Origin: Candidatus Heimdallarchaeota archaeon B3_Heim
GTDB lineage: Archaea > Asgardarchaeota > Heimdallarchaeia > Hodarchaeales > Hodarchaeaceae
Direction: 5' to 3'
DNA: 32,000 nucleotides
Assembly: GCA_003144275.1 (NCBI GenBank)
Contig: NJBF01000008.1
Location: 60,001 to 92,000 of the forward strand
The notes beneath the pieces are model-generated. The model had not been told where the DNA came from. It worked only from the letters and a program-made list of their open reading frames with translations, and did not search any database. Shown one piece after another: positions 20,452 through 28,518 of this stretch. The first letter of the stretch is position 1. Every line of letters starts with the position of its first letter. Made by a program: the position numbers and the translations under genes.

Positions 20452-20868
20452 TTACCTCTGTTCACGCTTAAAGGATTGAATTTCATTATACCAGCCTTGA
20501 ATAGAATCATGGTAAGTAAAATACGTTTGAATCATTGATTCGATCATCAATTCACCAGCAGATGTAATAGTATAAATACGACGGGGCATACCTGGAGATT
20601 CTAAATCTTCTGCAATTATTGATGTAATTAAACCATCTTTTTCCATTCGATTGAGCATTGGATAAACAGTACCAGCCTTTAACGGAATATTAGATTCCCT
20701 AAGCATTTTAATCAACCCATAACCGTGTGCCTCTTCAGTACGTAATCGGATAAGCAATAAAATCATCAATTTTAGTAATCCACGGCGAAAATCACGTTCC
20801 CAATCTCGGATTATTTTGGGAGTATCTCTGGAATTCTCATCTGTGTTATCGGTATTCTCAGTTGACAG
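20452..20868 (-). CDS. PadR family transcriptional regulator (N-terminus extended beyond the ORF track; possible CTG start)
   Basis: HGYGLIKML, LKAGTVYPMLNRMEKDGLI, PRRIYTITSAG. The in-frame upstream sequence encodes WERDFRRGLLKLMILLL, the conserved PadR first helix, and stays open to CTG at 20868. Confidence 0.85.
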   Translation of the reverse strand: MSTENTDNTDENSRDTPKIIRDWERDFRRGLLKLMILLLIRLRTEEAHGYGLIKMLRESNIPLKAGTVYPMLNRMEKDGLITSIIAEDLESPGMPRRIYTITSAGELMIESMIQTYFTYHDSIQGWYNEIQSFKREQR

Positions 20869-20943
20869 CTTTCATGCCCCGAGGACCTTTATTGCTCGAA
20901 ATATCCTACTGTGAATCAGTTCAAAGAATCAATAGCTGAACTT

Positions 20944-20970
20944 GCACAGCTATATATATAGGTGTACCTA
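20944..20970. promoter_or_regulatory. TATA-containing imperfect palindrome upstream of padR (candidate promoter/operator)
   Basis: GCACAGC-TATATATATA-GGTGTAC (24-bp dyad with 4 mismatches) overlaps TAGGTGTACCTA (12-bp dyad with 2 central mismatches). Confidence 0.35.
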
Positions 20971-21131
20971 CAGGAATCCGTTCTCCATTCTTCCCAGTCT
21001 ACTCGTGCTCTTAACCGTTCTACCTTCTTATTTATGTTTATCTAGGCTCGAACGCGCTCCAAATCTACATAGTTCTACTTCTGGTATAAGATTCTCTTCT
21101 CGTCAAGTATAGATTTACCTATTTTCTCCAA

Positions 21132-21761
21132 CTACCGACGTGCCTCAAAATACTTTTTTCTCTGATTTACTATTGACTCAAAAATTATTTTTTCCTCCAT
21201 ACCACTGGCGACTCCTCTTTTTACTTCCTCAAAATATCGATAATTGTTCAAATCGCGATCGTGAGCATTATAAAACATGATCCAAGTTTGGCTATTGATT
21301 ATTGCTATTGGAATTTGATATTCTGATTCCCAATCCCATTTATGATACTCTCCTGAATGGGACATCCATACTAACTCGTGTAGCGATGACGGTCTATATT
21401 TCCATGTAAGGGCTAGTCCTTCTCGATAATTCTCGCCAAGACAATTACTAAGGTTAATCTCGTAGTCATCATCTACAATTACGGTAATATAGAACGTATT
21501 CTCTTCATTAACATACCACGAGACAACAGGATAGATATGGTCAATGTCAATATCTTCCATATAGTCCCACTTATTTATAATAACGGTTTCAATAAAAAGG
21601 CGTGGAATAACATACATATAATGTTCTTCTTTCAATTCCAATAATTGACCTAACTCAGTTTCGGTTTTCACGTTCATAATATCTTTATCGTATTGAATAA
21701 AAGTGTAAAGTGATCCTACTTTCTCGTAACCATCACGACTTTTTATATACATTCTGTTCAT
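21132..21761 (-). CDS. Hypothetical protein, probably a fragment of a longer interrupted gene (frame continues across three TAGs to TGA at 20916)
   Basis: 209-aa ORF. Downstream in frame: RR*LEKIGKSILDEKRILYQK*NYVDLERVRA*ININKKVERLRARVDWEEWRT. Confidence 0.55.
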   Translation of the reverse strand: MNRMYIKSRDGYEKVGSLYTFIQYDKDIMNVKTETELGQLLELKEEHYMYVIPRLFIETVIINKWDYMEDIDIDHIYPVVSWYVNEENTFYITVIVDDDYEINLSNCLGENYREGLALTWKYRPSSLHELVWMSHSGEYHKWDWESEYQIPIAIINSQTWIMFYNAHDRDLNNYRYFEEVKRGVASGMEEKIIFESIVNQRKKYFEARR

Positions 21762-22096
21762 CCTTTACCTGAAGTGATAGATATTAGATAATCCAACTTT
21801 CATCTTATTTCTTAGATTTATTCTTTTTAAGACTTTCTTTCACCGTTTTATTGTTTCAAAACACAGAATACAAGGTGAGGACTCCATCACATTAAAAACA
21901 TCGATCAGGTGAACCTTCGACTTATTGAAGTAGTTACGGTTGAAATTGTAGTAGTTGTTTTCCTTACTCTTATTTTTGGTTCAATCCAGATCTTTTTGAT
22001 TGTAATAATTTCTCCGTTGCGTTCATCTTAGATATATATGGGTATGACAAAGTAGTGTCCGAAAACCAAGAACGAACCCAACTGTTTGAAGCAGAT

Positions 22097-23785
22097 TTAG
22101 AGAAACCTTAGCCTTTTTTGAAGGTCCTCCCACGATCCTCCTCCAAATTTAAGCAGGTATTCAGTAAGTTTAACGAGAAGAGGTTCCTCATCCAGAATCC
22201 AGAGTAAAAGAGGAGACAGTTTTCCCCATTCAGATTCGTAATCGATACCAGGAAAAAAGCAATGAATAGTTAGATAGACAGCTGTATTATCAAAAGCCGC
22301 TCTAAAAGAAGTTCTTCTACCTGATTGTGGGGGACGATTCGATAAAATCTGCATGATATGATGGGACAGAGTGCGATCATCAGTTGCGGTCTCAAAGTAA
22401 AGGAGAGAAAATTCCTTGGCTAAGGTTTCCCCTTCCATGGTAGAGACCACAGGTTGGGGTGTACAGACTCCAATTAAGGCAATGGGCCGTTCATTTAAAG
22501 GAGTGGATGTTGGAAGAGTCTGAAATTTTTCTTTTAGGAGATTAAAGGATGGTCGATCACTTTTATCGAAAATAATTAGTACTCCGCCCACCTTTTGTAA
22601 AGCAGAATTAAGAGTGTCTCCAGAAAGGGATTTCAGACTTATCTGAAACAGGAGACTTACAATAAGATCTTTTATCTTAACTTTTTTTATTTCATTCTCA
22701 GAAATCCATGCTTCCCAATCCCGAAGTTTGATCCCCCTGCGATAGAGCTCTAGGAGGGGCCCCCAGTTCTCAGGAGTCAGCGGATTTCCTCGGACATATA
22801 GCACCTGCAGATGCTTGAGCTGAGTTAAGGTTGGCGGAAGAGATAACAATTTATTATCTTTCACGCGCAATGCGGACAGGTGGATAAGCGAATGTATCTC
22901 CTCTGGGAGCTGAGTCAATTGATTGGCATTCAGGTTTAAATTCCGAAGATTCGACAGAATTAACACAGGATAGGGGAATACCAAGAAACGATTCTTTTGC
23001 AAGTACAAGTTCCGAAGGTGATGAAGGTTTCTGATTGACTCAGGAAGAATGGTTAGGGAATTACTCGTGATTGAGAGTTTTTGAAGAGTTTGTAATCCTC
23101 CGAGGGTCGGGGGAAGCATTTTTAAGTGATTATTATCCAACGATAAATTTTGTAAATTGGGAAGAGTTCCGAGGGAGTCAGGAAGCGAGCTCAGCTGGTT
23201 ATACCGACACCAAAACTCACGGAGCTGTGTCAATCCCCCTATAGTCTTCGGTAGAGTGGTTAAGTCGTTATGATCTAAATCCAACCGTGTTAATTGAGTC
23301 AGATTCCCGAATGAGTCAGGTAAAGATCTTAACTGACAACAAGTGAGTTTTAGACTTTTCAGGTGCGCAAGACTCCCGAAAGAGATTGGGAGAGTCTGAA
23401 GCTCCTGTTTTTCTATGAATAAGCCAACTAGATGTTGGTCTTTGATGTCTAGATGAATCATGCCCGAATTATATGGGGTATCCATCTGTCCTCCCAGGTC
23501 CAACAATGCATAAGCTTCGTGTTGTACCAAAACTGAGTACAGCCAATAATTTCTCTGATACTTTGCATCCAGTTGCAAACGGATACTGTCCTCTGCGGTT
23601 CCAGGATCTACATATCCCACAATCTCAAACCAGCCCGTAGAGCATAACACTCGAATTAATTCTTCCGCAACTGCAGTTTCGAGTTTAAAAAAGTCAAGAA
23701 ACTCGTCAAATGTTAGTGATAACGTTCCCCCGGAATTATGAAATTCCCTCTGGATTTTTTGTAGTAGTTCCTGCCCACTCACCAT
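22097..23785 (-). CDS. Leucine-rich-repeat protein with N-terminal winged-helix-like segment and C-terminal degenerate small-GTPase-like region
   Basis: About 9-10 23-aa LRRs (L..LP.S.G.L..L..L.L..N.). GGVLIIFDKSDRPSFNLLK...RPIALIG...VVSTMEGETLAKEFSLLYFET resembles the second half of Rab/Ras domains. Confidence 0.88.
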   Translation of the reverse strand: MVSGQELLQKIQREFHNSGGTLSLTFDEFLDFFKLETAVAEELIRVLCSTGWFEIVGYVDPGTAEDSIRLQLDAKYQRNYWLYSVLVQHEAYALLDLGGQMDTPYNSGMIHLDIKDQHLVGLFIEKQELQTLPISFGSLAHLKSLKLTCCQLRSLPDSFGNLTQLTRLDLDHNDLTTLPKTIGGLTQLREFWCRYNQLSSLPDSLGTLPNLQNLSLDNNHLKMLPPTLGGLQTLQKLSITSNSLTILPESIRNLHHLRNLYLQKNRFLVFPYPVLILSNLRNLNLNANQLTQLPEEIHSLIHLSALRVKDNKLLSLPPTLTQLKHLQVLYVRGNPLTPENWGPLLELYRRGIKLRDWEAWISENEIKKVKIKDLIVSLLFQISLKSLSGDTLNSALQKVGGVLIIFDKSDRPSFNLLKEKFQTLPTSTPLNERPIALIGVCTPQPVVSTMEGETLAKEFSLLYFETATDDRTLSHHIMQILSNRPPQSGRRTSFRAAFDNTAVYLTIHCFFPGIDYESEWGKLSPLLLWILDEEPLLVKLTEYLLKFGGGSWEDLQKRLRFL

Positions 23786-23844
23786 AGGAGTCTCAGCTCT
23801 ACCTCGCTAATCAAAAATTTTTTTGTTAGAGAACCTTATCATCG

Positions 23845-24060
23845 CTAATCTCGTCTCCCTTTAGCTCGCCTTATGAGACAGAATAACCGGGGTTCTCGTT
23901 GATATGCGCCTTCCGAGGTAATATTCAATGGTTCCCAGCCCTCTTCAGCATATTCATTGATTAACTTCTCAAATCGTTCAATGCTTTGTGGATTTTGTGT
24001 TTCGGGTTGAGTAAGTATCTTATATTCCCATTTTGACATTATTTCATTGACTTGTTTCAT
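23845..24060 (-). CDS. DUF4177-like small protein
   Basis: KWEYKIL...FEKLINEYAEEGWEPL...LFCLIRR; ATG overlaps the upstream TGA (ATGA). Confidence 0.75.
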   Translation of the reverse strand: MKQVNEIMSKWEYKILTQPETQNPQSIERFEKLINEYAEEGWEPLNITSEGAYQREPRLFCLIRRAKGRRD

Positions 24061-24698
24061 GATATTTTCCCCTCAATGTTGCCATTGCTCCTGAAAACAC
24101 GTAACTGCTGATGATACAGATGCAACTCCCCATCCAACATCCAGCTCATAACGGCATCCACCACTTGAATTATCGAAGCAGTGTAAACTGATGTTTTGTA
24201 GTACACGATAATATTTTTCCAAATGTCTTGCTTTGTTCCCGATAACATGTACTCTTCTATAGTATGCTGAACTTCGAGTTGTATTTGCTTCGGTACTAAG
24301 TCCACTTTATACTGAAAGATGAATACACGCGCGTGGGGCTATTCTGCATTAGGTGATTCAGAGCTAAGTCAAAATAGTATTTCACTCTAGAGAGATTTTT
24401 TATTTACATAGAATCGAGGACGAAGACATATCCTTTAACGTTTGAAAATATATGGAGGGTTAATGCTCCTGTGAAACGGTCCAAAAATGAAGTAGCTTCC
24501 CCTAGGTCAAAAACCACTATTTTTCTGTGCCCCAGAGTAAACGTGTACCTCTCATAGTCGATAGTCGGAGCGTAATTTTCATATTTTTTTTGGCATCTGT
24601 TTGCGTTGCATAAATATCCTAATAGTGGATTTTCCTGAATTTGATAAACCCATTAGCAGTAATTTTGGTATCTTGTGTTTTTTCAATTCTTTTCCCAT
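24057..24698 (-). pseudogene. Rag/Gtr1-like (Arf-related) small GTPase pseudogene
   Basis: ATG 24698: KLLLMGLSNSGKST (G1). +1 frameshift in an A8 run (24584-24591). YAPTIDYE (G2), IVVFDLGEA (G3, degenerate), IFSNVKGYVFVLDS, TAA at 24404-24406, second frameshift near 24325, FIFQYKVD (G4), YKTSVY (G5). The track ORF 24057-24305 is the C-terminal piece. Confidence 0.85.
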
Positions 24699-24733
24699 TC
24701 TTTCAGTTTTCCTCAGCTGAAGAAAGACCTATT

Positions 24734-25705
24734 TCATAATCCTGCTCTCAGTTTACGCCCCTCTTCGCGATCATAGTCCAAACAGAACCCACACAGTTCA
24801 TCCGCATCGAGATCACGACAAAGGCAGCATAAAGTATTGACGAAGGACTCACAAATCCCCTGACATTCCGTACACGTCATGAGGGAAATGTCAACTCTAT
24901 GGCGTTGAAAATTGTTTGGAGGGGAAATAGTCGGTAACCGAATGCCAGCAGGACGGCCTTGCTGGACGGTGCGCTGAATCAGCTGTCTCTCCTCCAGCAC
25001 TTGCAGATATGCAGTAAATGTAGAACGTTCACGGGCACCTACGGCTAGTTCATCACATAAAAAGAGATATTGCCGACGAACTGCGGGACTAGTGACAATC
25101 TATGGAGAAGATTCCTCCACCACCTGGGCAATGCTTAGTAATACGAGCTGTTGATGAAAGCTAAGCTACTGAATCCGGAGTTCGGGGGAAATTCCCGCAA
25201 ATTTATGCTGACTGCGATGAACGTGGACACGATTCACCTGAGGGTCGGCCTCAGTTTCTGCCAATTTCGCGGCACGCCAGAGGAGCTCAATCACCGAGTA
25301 CGCATCCGAGGAGGATTGCGAAATTAACCGTAACGCAGGACCTTCGATGGTCGCCTGATTTAAACCCTGATGCGCTCGTTCACGGACGATCTGATACAAT
25401 TACTGCTCGATATAGGGCGAGAGGGGGGTAAATTTACTCTCTTCTGAGGGGAGTACACTCTCGGCAAGCTGTTGTCCGCTCGCACGGGAATCTGTCACCA
25501 GAAGCAGATTAAGTTTCTTTAACCCCCGAGTAGCAGGGGATGAGGCATCGATTGCTTCTTGCGCAGGAGTTAGAAGACAGAGAAATTGTGTGAGTTCCTC
25601 GGTAGCTACTCTCTCTGCATCATTCAGAACAATCAGGTAGTTCCGGTTGTCCTGTTCCAACAGATCCAGAAGTTCCGATGTGAGACGTTCCCTCGAAAAC
25701 GTGAA
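24734..25705 (-). pseudogene. cdc6: Cdc6/Orc1-family replication initiator relic, 5'-truncated, with three in-frame stops
   Basis: One continuous frame: YLIVLNDAE (degenerate Walker B), SPYIEQ*LYQIVRERA, SSDAYSVIELLWRAAKLAE...VHV (lid), RIQ*LSFHQQLVLLSIAQ, SP*IVT, YLFLCDELAV...TFTAYLQVLEERQLI...GRPAG (winged helix). Stops: TAA 25400-25402, TAG 25166-25168, TAG 25100-25102. Confidence 0.85.
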
Positions 25706-25857
25706 TCACTCCAGTTTAGATCAAACAATTACAAGTATCCTTTGATTGCAGAATTCTAGCATTTGTTCTATGTTTTTCCTATATACTAGAAATTCAATTT
25801 ATCCACAATTTCATATTTATTTGGAGGGTTTTAGATAACCGTTCAAGCTCGGTATCA

Positions 25858-27348
25858 TTAGGTATCAATGAGTTCAATTTTCTCTCCCACAAGGAACCCC
25901 GCGAAGTCTACGTCGCTATCCTCCCAAAAAATCTCAGTGTCGAAAGTTTGGATGACTTTTTCCAAATAAAATAGATAATAATACCTGTCATATTTTAAGA
26001 TCATCCGTTTTTCATGTGGAGAGAGATCCAGATATTTATTAATATCTGATGGGCCAATATTAAGAATATCCGACACTATTTTAATCTTGTTTGGAAATTT
26101 TGAGAAATGAAAAGCAATATTGTAAATCCTTGACTTTAGAATCATTTCGTCAGAAATTTCATTACTAAGGGAAGTATCCCTAAGTTTTAACCATTCTTTA
26201 AAAACTTCAGAGGGGAAGTACGGATCAAAATCCGAATCATATCCTATAAGAATATTTTTGCTTGTTCGGAAATATTTAGTCATATTATGGAATCTCAAAT
26301 GAGCAATGATCCGCGCAATTTCACTTTTGAGATCCTCGAATTTTTGTTCTATAGTCAGCTCGTTTACTTTATTTATATCTGGAAATCGAAATGGGCTAAT
26401 CACCTTATCATACCTTCTTTCTTTCGTCTTACTTTTGAAATGTGAGTGGACTCCCAAATAGATTGTTGCCAGGCTAAGATAGACAAAAGATAAAAAGAAC
26501 AGCGTACTAGCTTCCACTCCAATATAAAATCCTAGAAATTCAGACCTGAAGAAAGTTATGGCAAACCAGATCCCAAATACATTTATTATCAATAAAATGA
26601 ACGCCATTTCAGATACTTGGTTAACTCTCTTCATTATTCCTTCTTTCTCCTCCATCATGGTAGAAAGCCTTCTTAGCTTTAATTTATTCCAGTGTGTAAC
26701 TATCAGTGCTAGTTCTTTTGGTATCACATCCTCAGAAAGACTTTCTGCTTCAATGTTTTCAACTAGCTTCTTAACTTCAACTTCAGTATTATCTTCCCTC
26801 TTTATTTTTATCAACGTAAATAGAACTTCGTATATTGCAGTAAAACCTAATGTTTTGCTAAGTTTTTCATCTTGATGTAGTTTAATTTTATCTGTAACAC
26901 TTCCCCGAAAGAATTTTGTTTCATCATTTACTCTGTAAAAATATCTACCCCCGTACCAAATTCCTTTTGGACTCAGAGGGATATGGATTAGAATAAATGG
27001 GTTTATTATTCTTGGAAGATGAATGACCTCGATTTTTAAATTAAAGGGTGTTCCAAATGAGTCTGTGGCAATCTGATTGATCTTCTTGGTCCATTCTTTA
27101 ATATCAGTGATTCCTTGCCATGGATCCGCATTTTTTTCTTCCACACCAAGAACTATCATACCAGAAGCAGAATTTGCCATAGCAGCCATTGTCTTTGCTA
27201 AATTTTTTGGTTTTATCCTCCCACTCTTGAAATCTAAATAACTAGTTTCCCCTCTCTTCATATAGTGCTCAAGTGCTTCCTGAATCTGTTCGTGTGTTAA
27301 AAATCCCAATAACCCTTTTTCTGGATATTCTCTCTCTCTTTTTGCCAT
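25858..27348 (-). CDS. Schlafen/AlbA_2-domain protein with two central TM helices and a C-terminal soluble domain
   Basis: GETSYLDFKS, LAKTMAAMANSASGMIVLGVEE, GI, ILIHIPLSPK, FYRVNDET are AlbA_2 motifs; hydrophobic AFILLIINVFGIWFAITFF and TLFFLSFVYLSLATIYLGV. Confidence 0.85.
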   Translation of the reverse strand: MAKREREYPEKGLLGFLTHEQIQEALEHYMKRGETSYLDFKSGRIKPKNLAKTMAAMANSASGMIVLGVEEKNADPWQGITDIKEWTKKINQIATDSFGTPFNLKIEVIHLPRIINPFILIHIPLSPKGIWYGGRYFYRVNDETKFFRGSVTDKIKLHQDEKLSKTLGFTAIYEVLFTLIKIKREDNTEVEVKKLVENIEAESLSEDVIPKELALIVTHWNKLKLRRLSTMMEEKEGIMKRVNQVSEMAFILLIINVFGIWFAITFFRSEFLGFYIGVEASTLFFLSFVYLSLATIYLGVHSHFKSKTKERRYDKVISPFRFPDINKVNELTIEQKFEDLKSEIARIIAHLRFHNMTKYFRTSKNILIGYDSDFDPYFPSEVFKEWLKLRDTSLSNEISDEMILKSRIYNIAFHFSKFPNKIKIVSDILNIGPSDINKYLDLSPHEKRMILKYDRYYYLFYLEKVIQTFDTEIFWEDSDVDFAGFLVGEKIELIDT

Positions 27349-27426
27349 GATGTTTATCTATAGGGTAACCATTTTTAAGATTTCCTTGCTTTATTTAGTC
27401 TATTATCTGGATTAATTCGCCTTCAT

Positions 27427-28017
27427 TTGGAAGAGATGAATAAAACGAATATGTCATCTAAAAAAACACATAAATTATTCGTCTGTTCTGATTCTGAATT
27501 ATTAAGCTTCCTCTCAACCTTTTCAAGTAAGAAAATTGGTAAGAATACTCTTGAGCTATTAATCCAGTTTGAAGAGAAATTCCAAGAAAACGAACTGTAT
27601 CCTTTTTGTCCATTTCTCAGAGTTCCTACAACTAATGGCGAATCTAGTTGGATGTTCCTACCAGAATACTTTTTCACCTTTCTTAGTGAAGTATGGGATA
27701 ATTTCACAGAATTAATCTTGAAGGATACACGTCAAAAGGGAGATATCTTTGAATCAGAATTGAGACAAATCTTCACAAACGCGGGATTCAATGTTTGGAA
27801 GAAGCACAAAATACAAAATTTGATGAATTACATTAAACGTGATGGAACTGGTGATATTGATTTAATTATTCAAGATGAATCGACCGTATTATGGATACAA
27901 GCGAAGTCAGTATATTATAATCGAAAATCATATCAGACTGTTCTGAGAAAGGGTAGGAAACAATTGGTTTCTGCATATGAAACGTTTAGGAGGAATCAAA
28001 AAACATTTTCGTATTAA
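27427..28017 (+). CDS. PD-(D/E)xK (Mrr/NERD-like) nuclease domain protein, possibly a truncated remnant
   Basis: KGDIFESELRQIF...GDIDLIIQDESTVLWIQAKS...KGRKQL. Start is unclear; the frame is open for about 17 codons upstream without an ATG. Confidence 0.65.
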   Translation: MEEMNKTNMSSKKTHKLFVCSDSELLSFLSTFSSKKIGKNTLELLIQFEEKFQENELYPFCPFLRVPTTNGESSWMFLPEYFFTFLSEVWDNFTELILKDTRQKGDIFESELRQIFTNAGFNVWKKHKIQNLMNYIKRDGTGDIDLIIQDESTVLWIQAKSVYYNRKSYQTVLRKGRKQLVSAYETFRRNQKTFSY

Positions 28018-28518
28018 TAAAGTTGAAGTAAAGGGGGACCTAGAGAGTTATGGCTATTTTAGTAAAGCAGACTATCAGAAGTATATCGAAGGCATCACAT
28101 CGTAAAGTTAGATGATTCTATCTTAATAACTATTGAATATAGCTAACCAAGATAGTTCACCTATAAATATCAAACATTAATAGAGAGGGAGAGAGAAACA
28201 CAAAGTGAAACCACTAGATTATATTACAAAAAGAAAATAAAAAAAAATAATTTCGATAAAATAGTCTTTGTTGTTTTACCACCCCTTTGAAAACCTCTAG
28301 CCCAATAAAAAAGGGTATTTCTTTTATTTATTATTAATTTAGTGTCAATAGTGTCTTTCGATTAGAAAAATCCAAATCATCCGTATTCTGTTTGCTGAAA
28401 GAACTAAAAAAATAAAAGAATATTGGATTTGAGTGATTGTGGTTTTAGCGAATCTTCCATTGACCACTAAACTTAGTTTTATCTTTTAATCTTTGTTATC
28501 AATCGTTCAGTGGGATTC

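Noticed and set aside
21780-22096. Specific gene remnant between the LRR gene and ORF 21132
   Set aside because: Several frames give short protein-like strings (e.g. DERNGEIITIKKIWIEPKIRVRKTTTT), but none can be assigned consistently.
22097-23785. Bona fide Roco (LRR-Roc-COR) protein
   Set aside because: No P-loop, no DxxG and no COR domain are visible.
24057-24305. Independent 82-aa protein
   Set aside because: It is the G4-G5 C-terminal fragment of the GTPase pseudogene starting at 24698.
24734-25660. Three separate small hypothetical genes, as in the ORF track
   Set aside because: They are consecutive in-frame pieces of one Cdc6/Orc1 relic.
25700-25857. Replication origin with ORB elements next to cdc6
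   Set aside because: Only a short CTCCAG match; no G-string and no repeated ORB or mini-ORB motif seen.
28020-28500. Small membrane-protein gene on the minus strand
   Set aside because: Multiple stops and low-complexity T-rich sequence can explain the apparent hydrophobicity.
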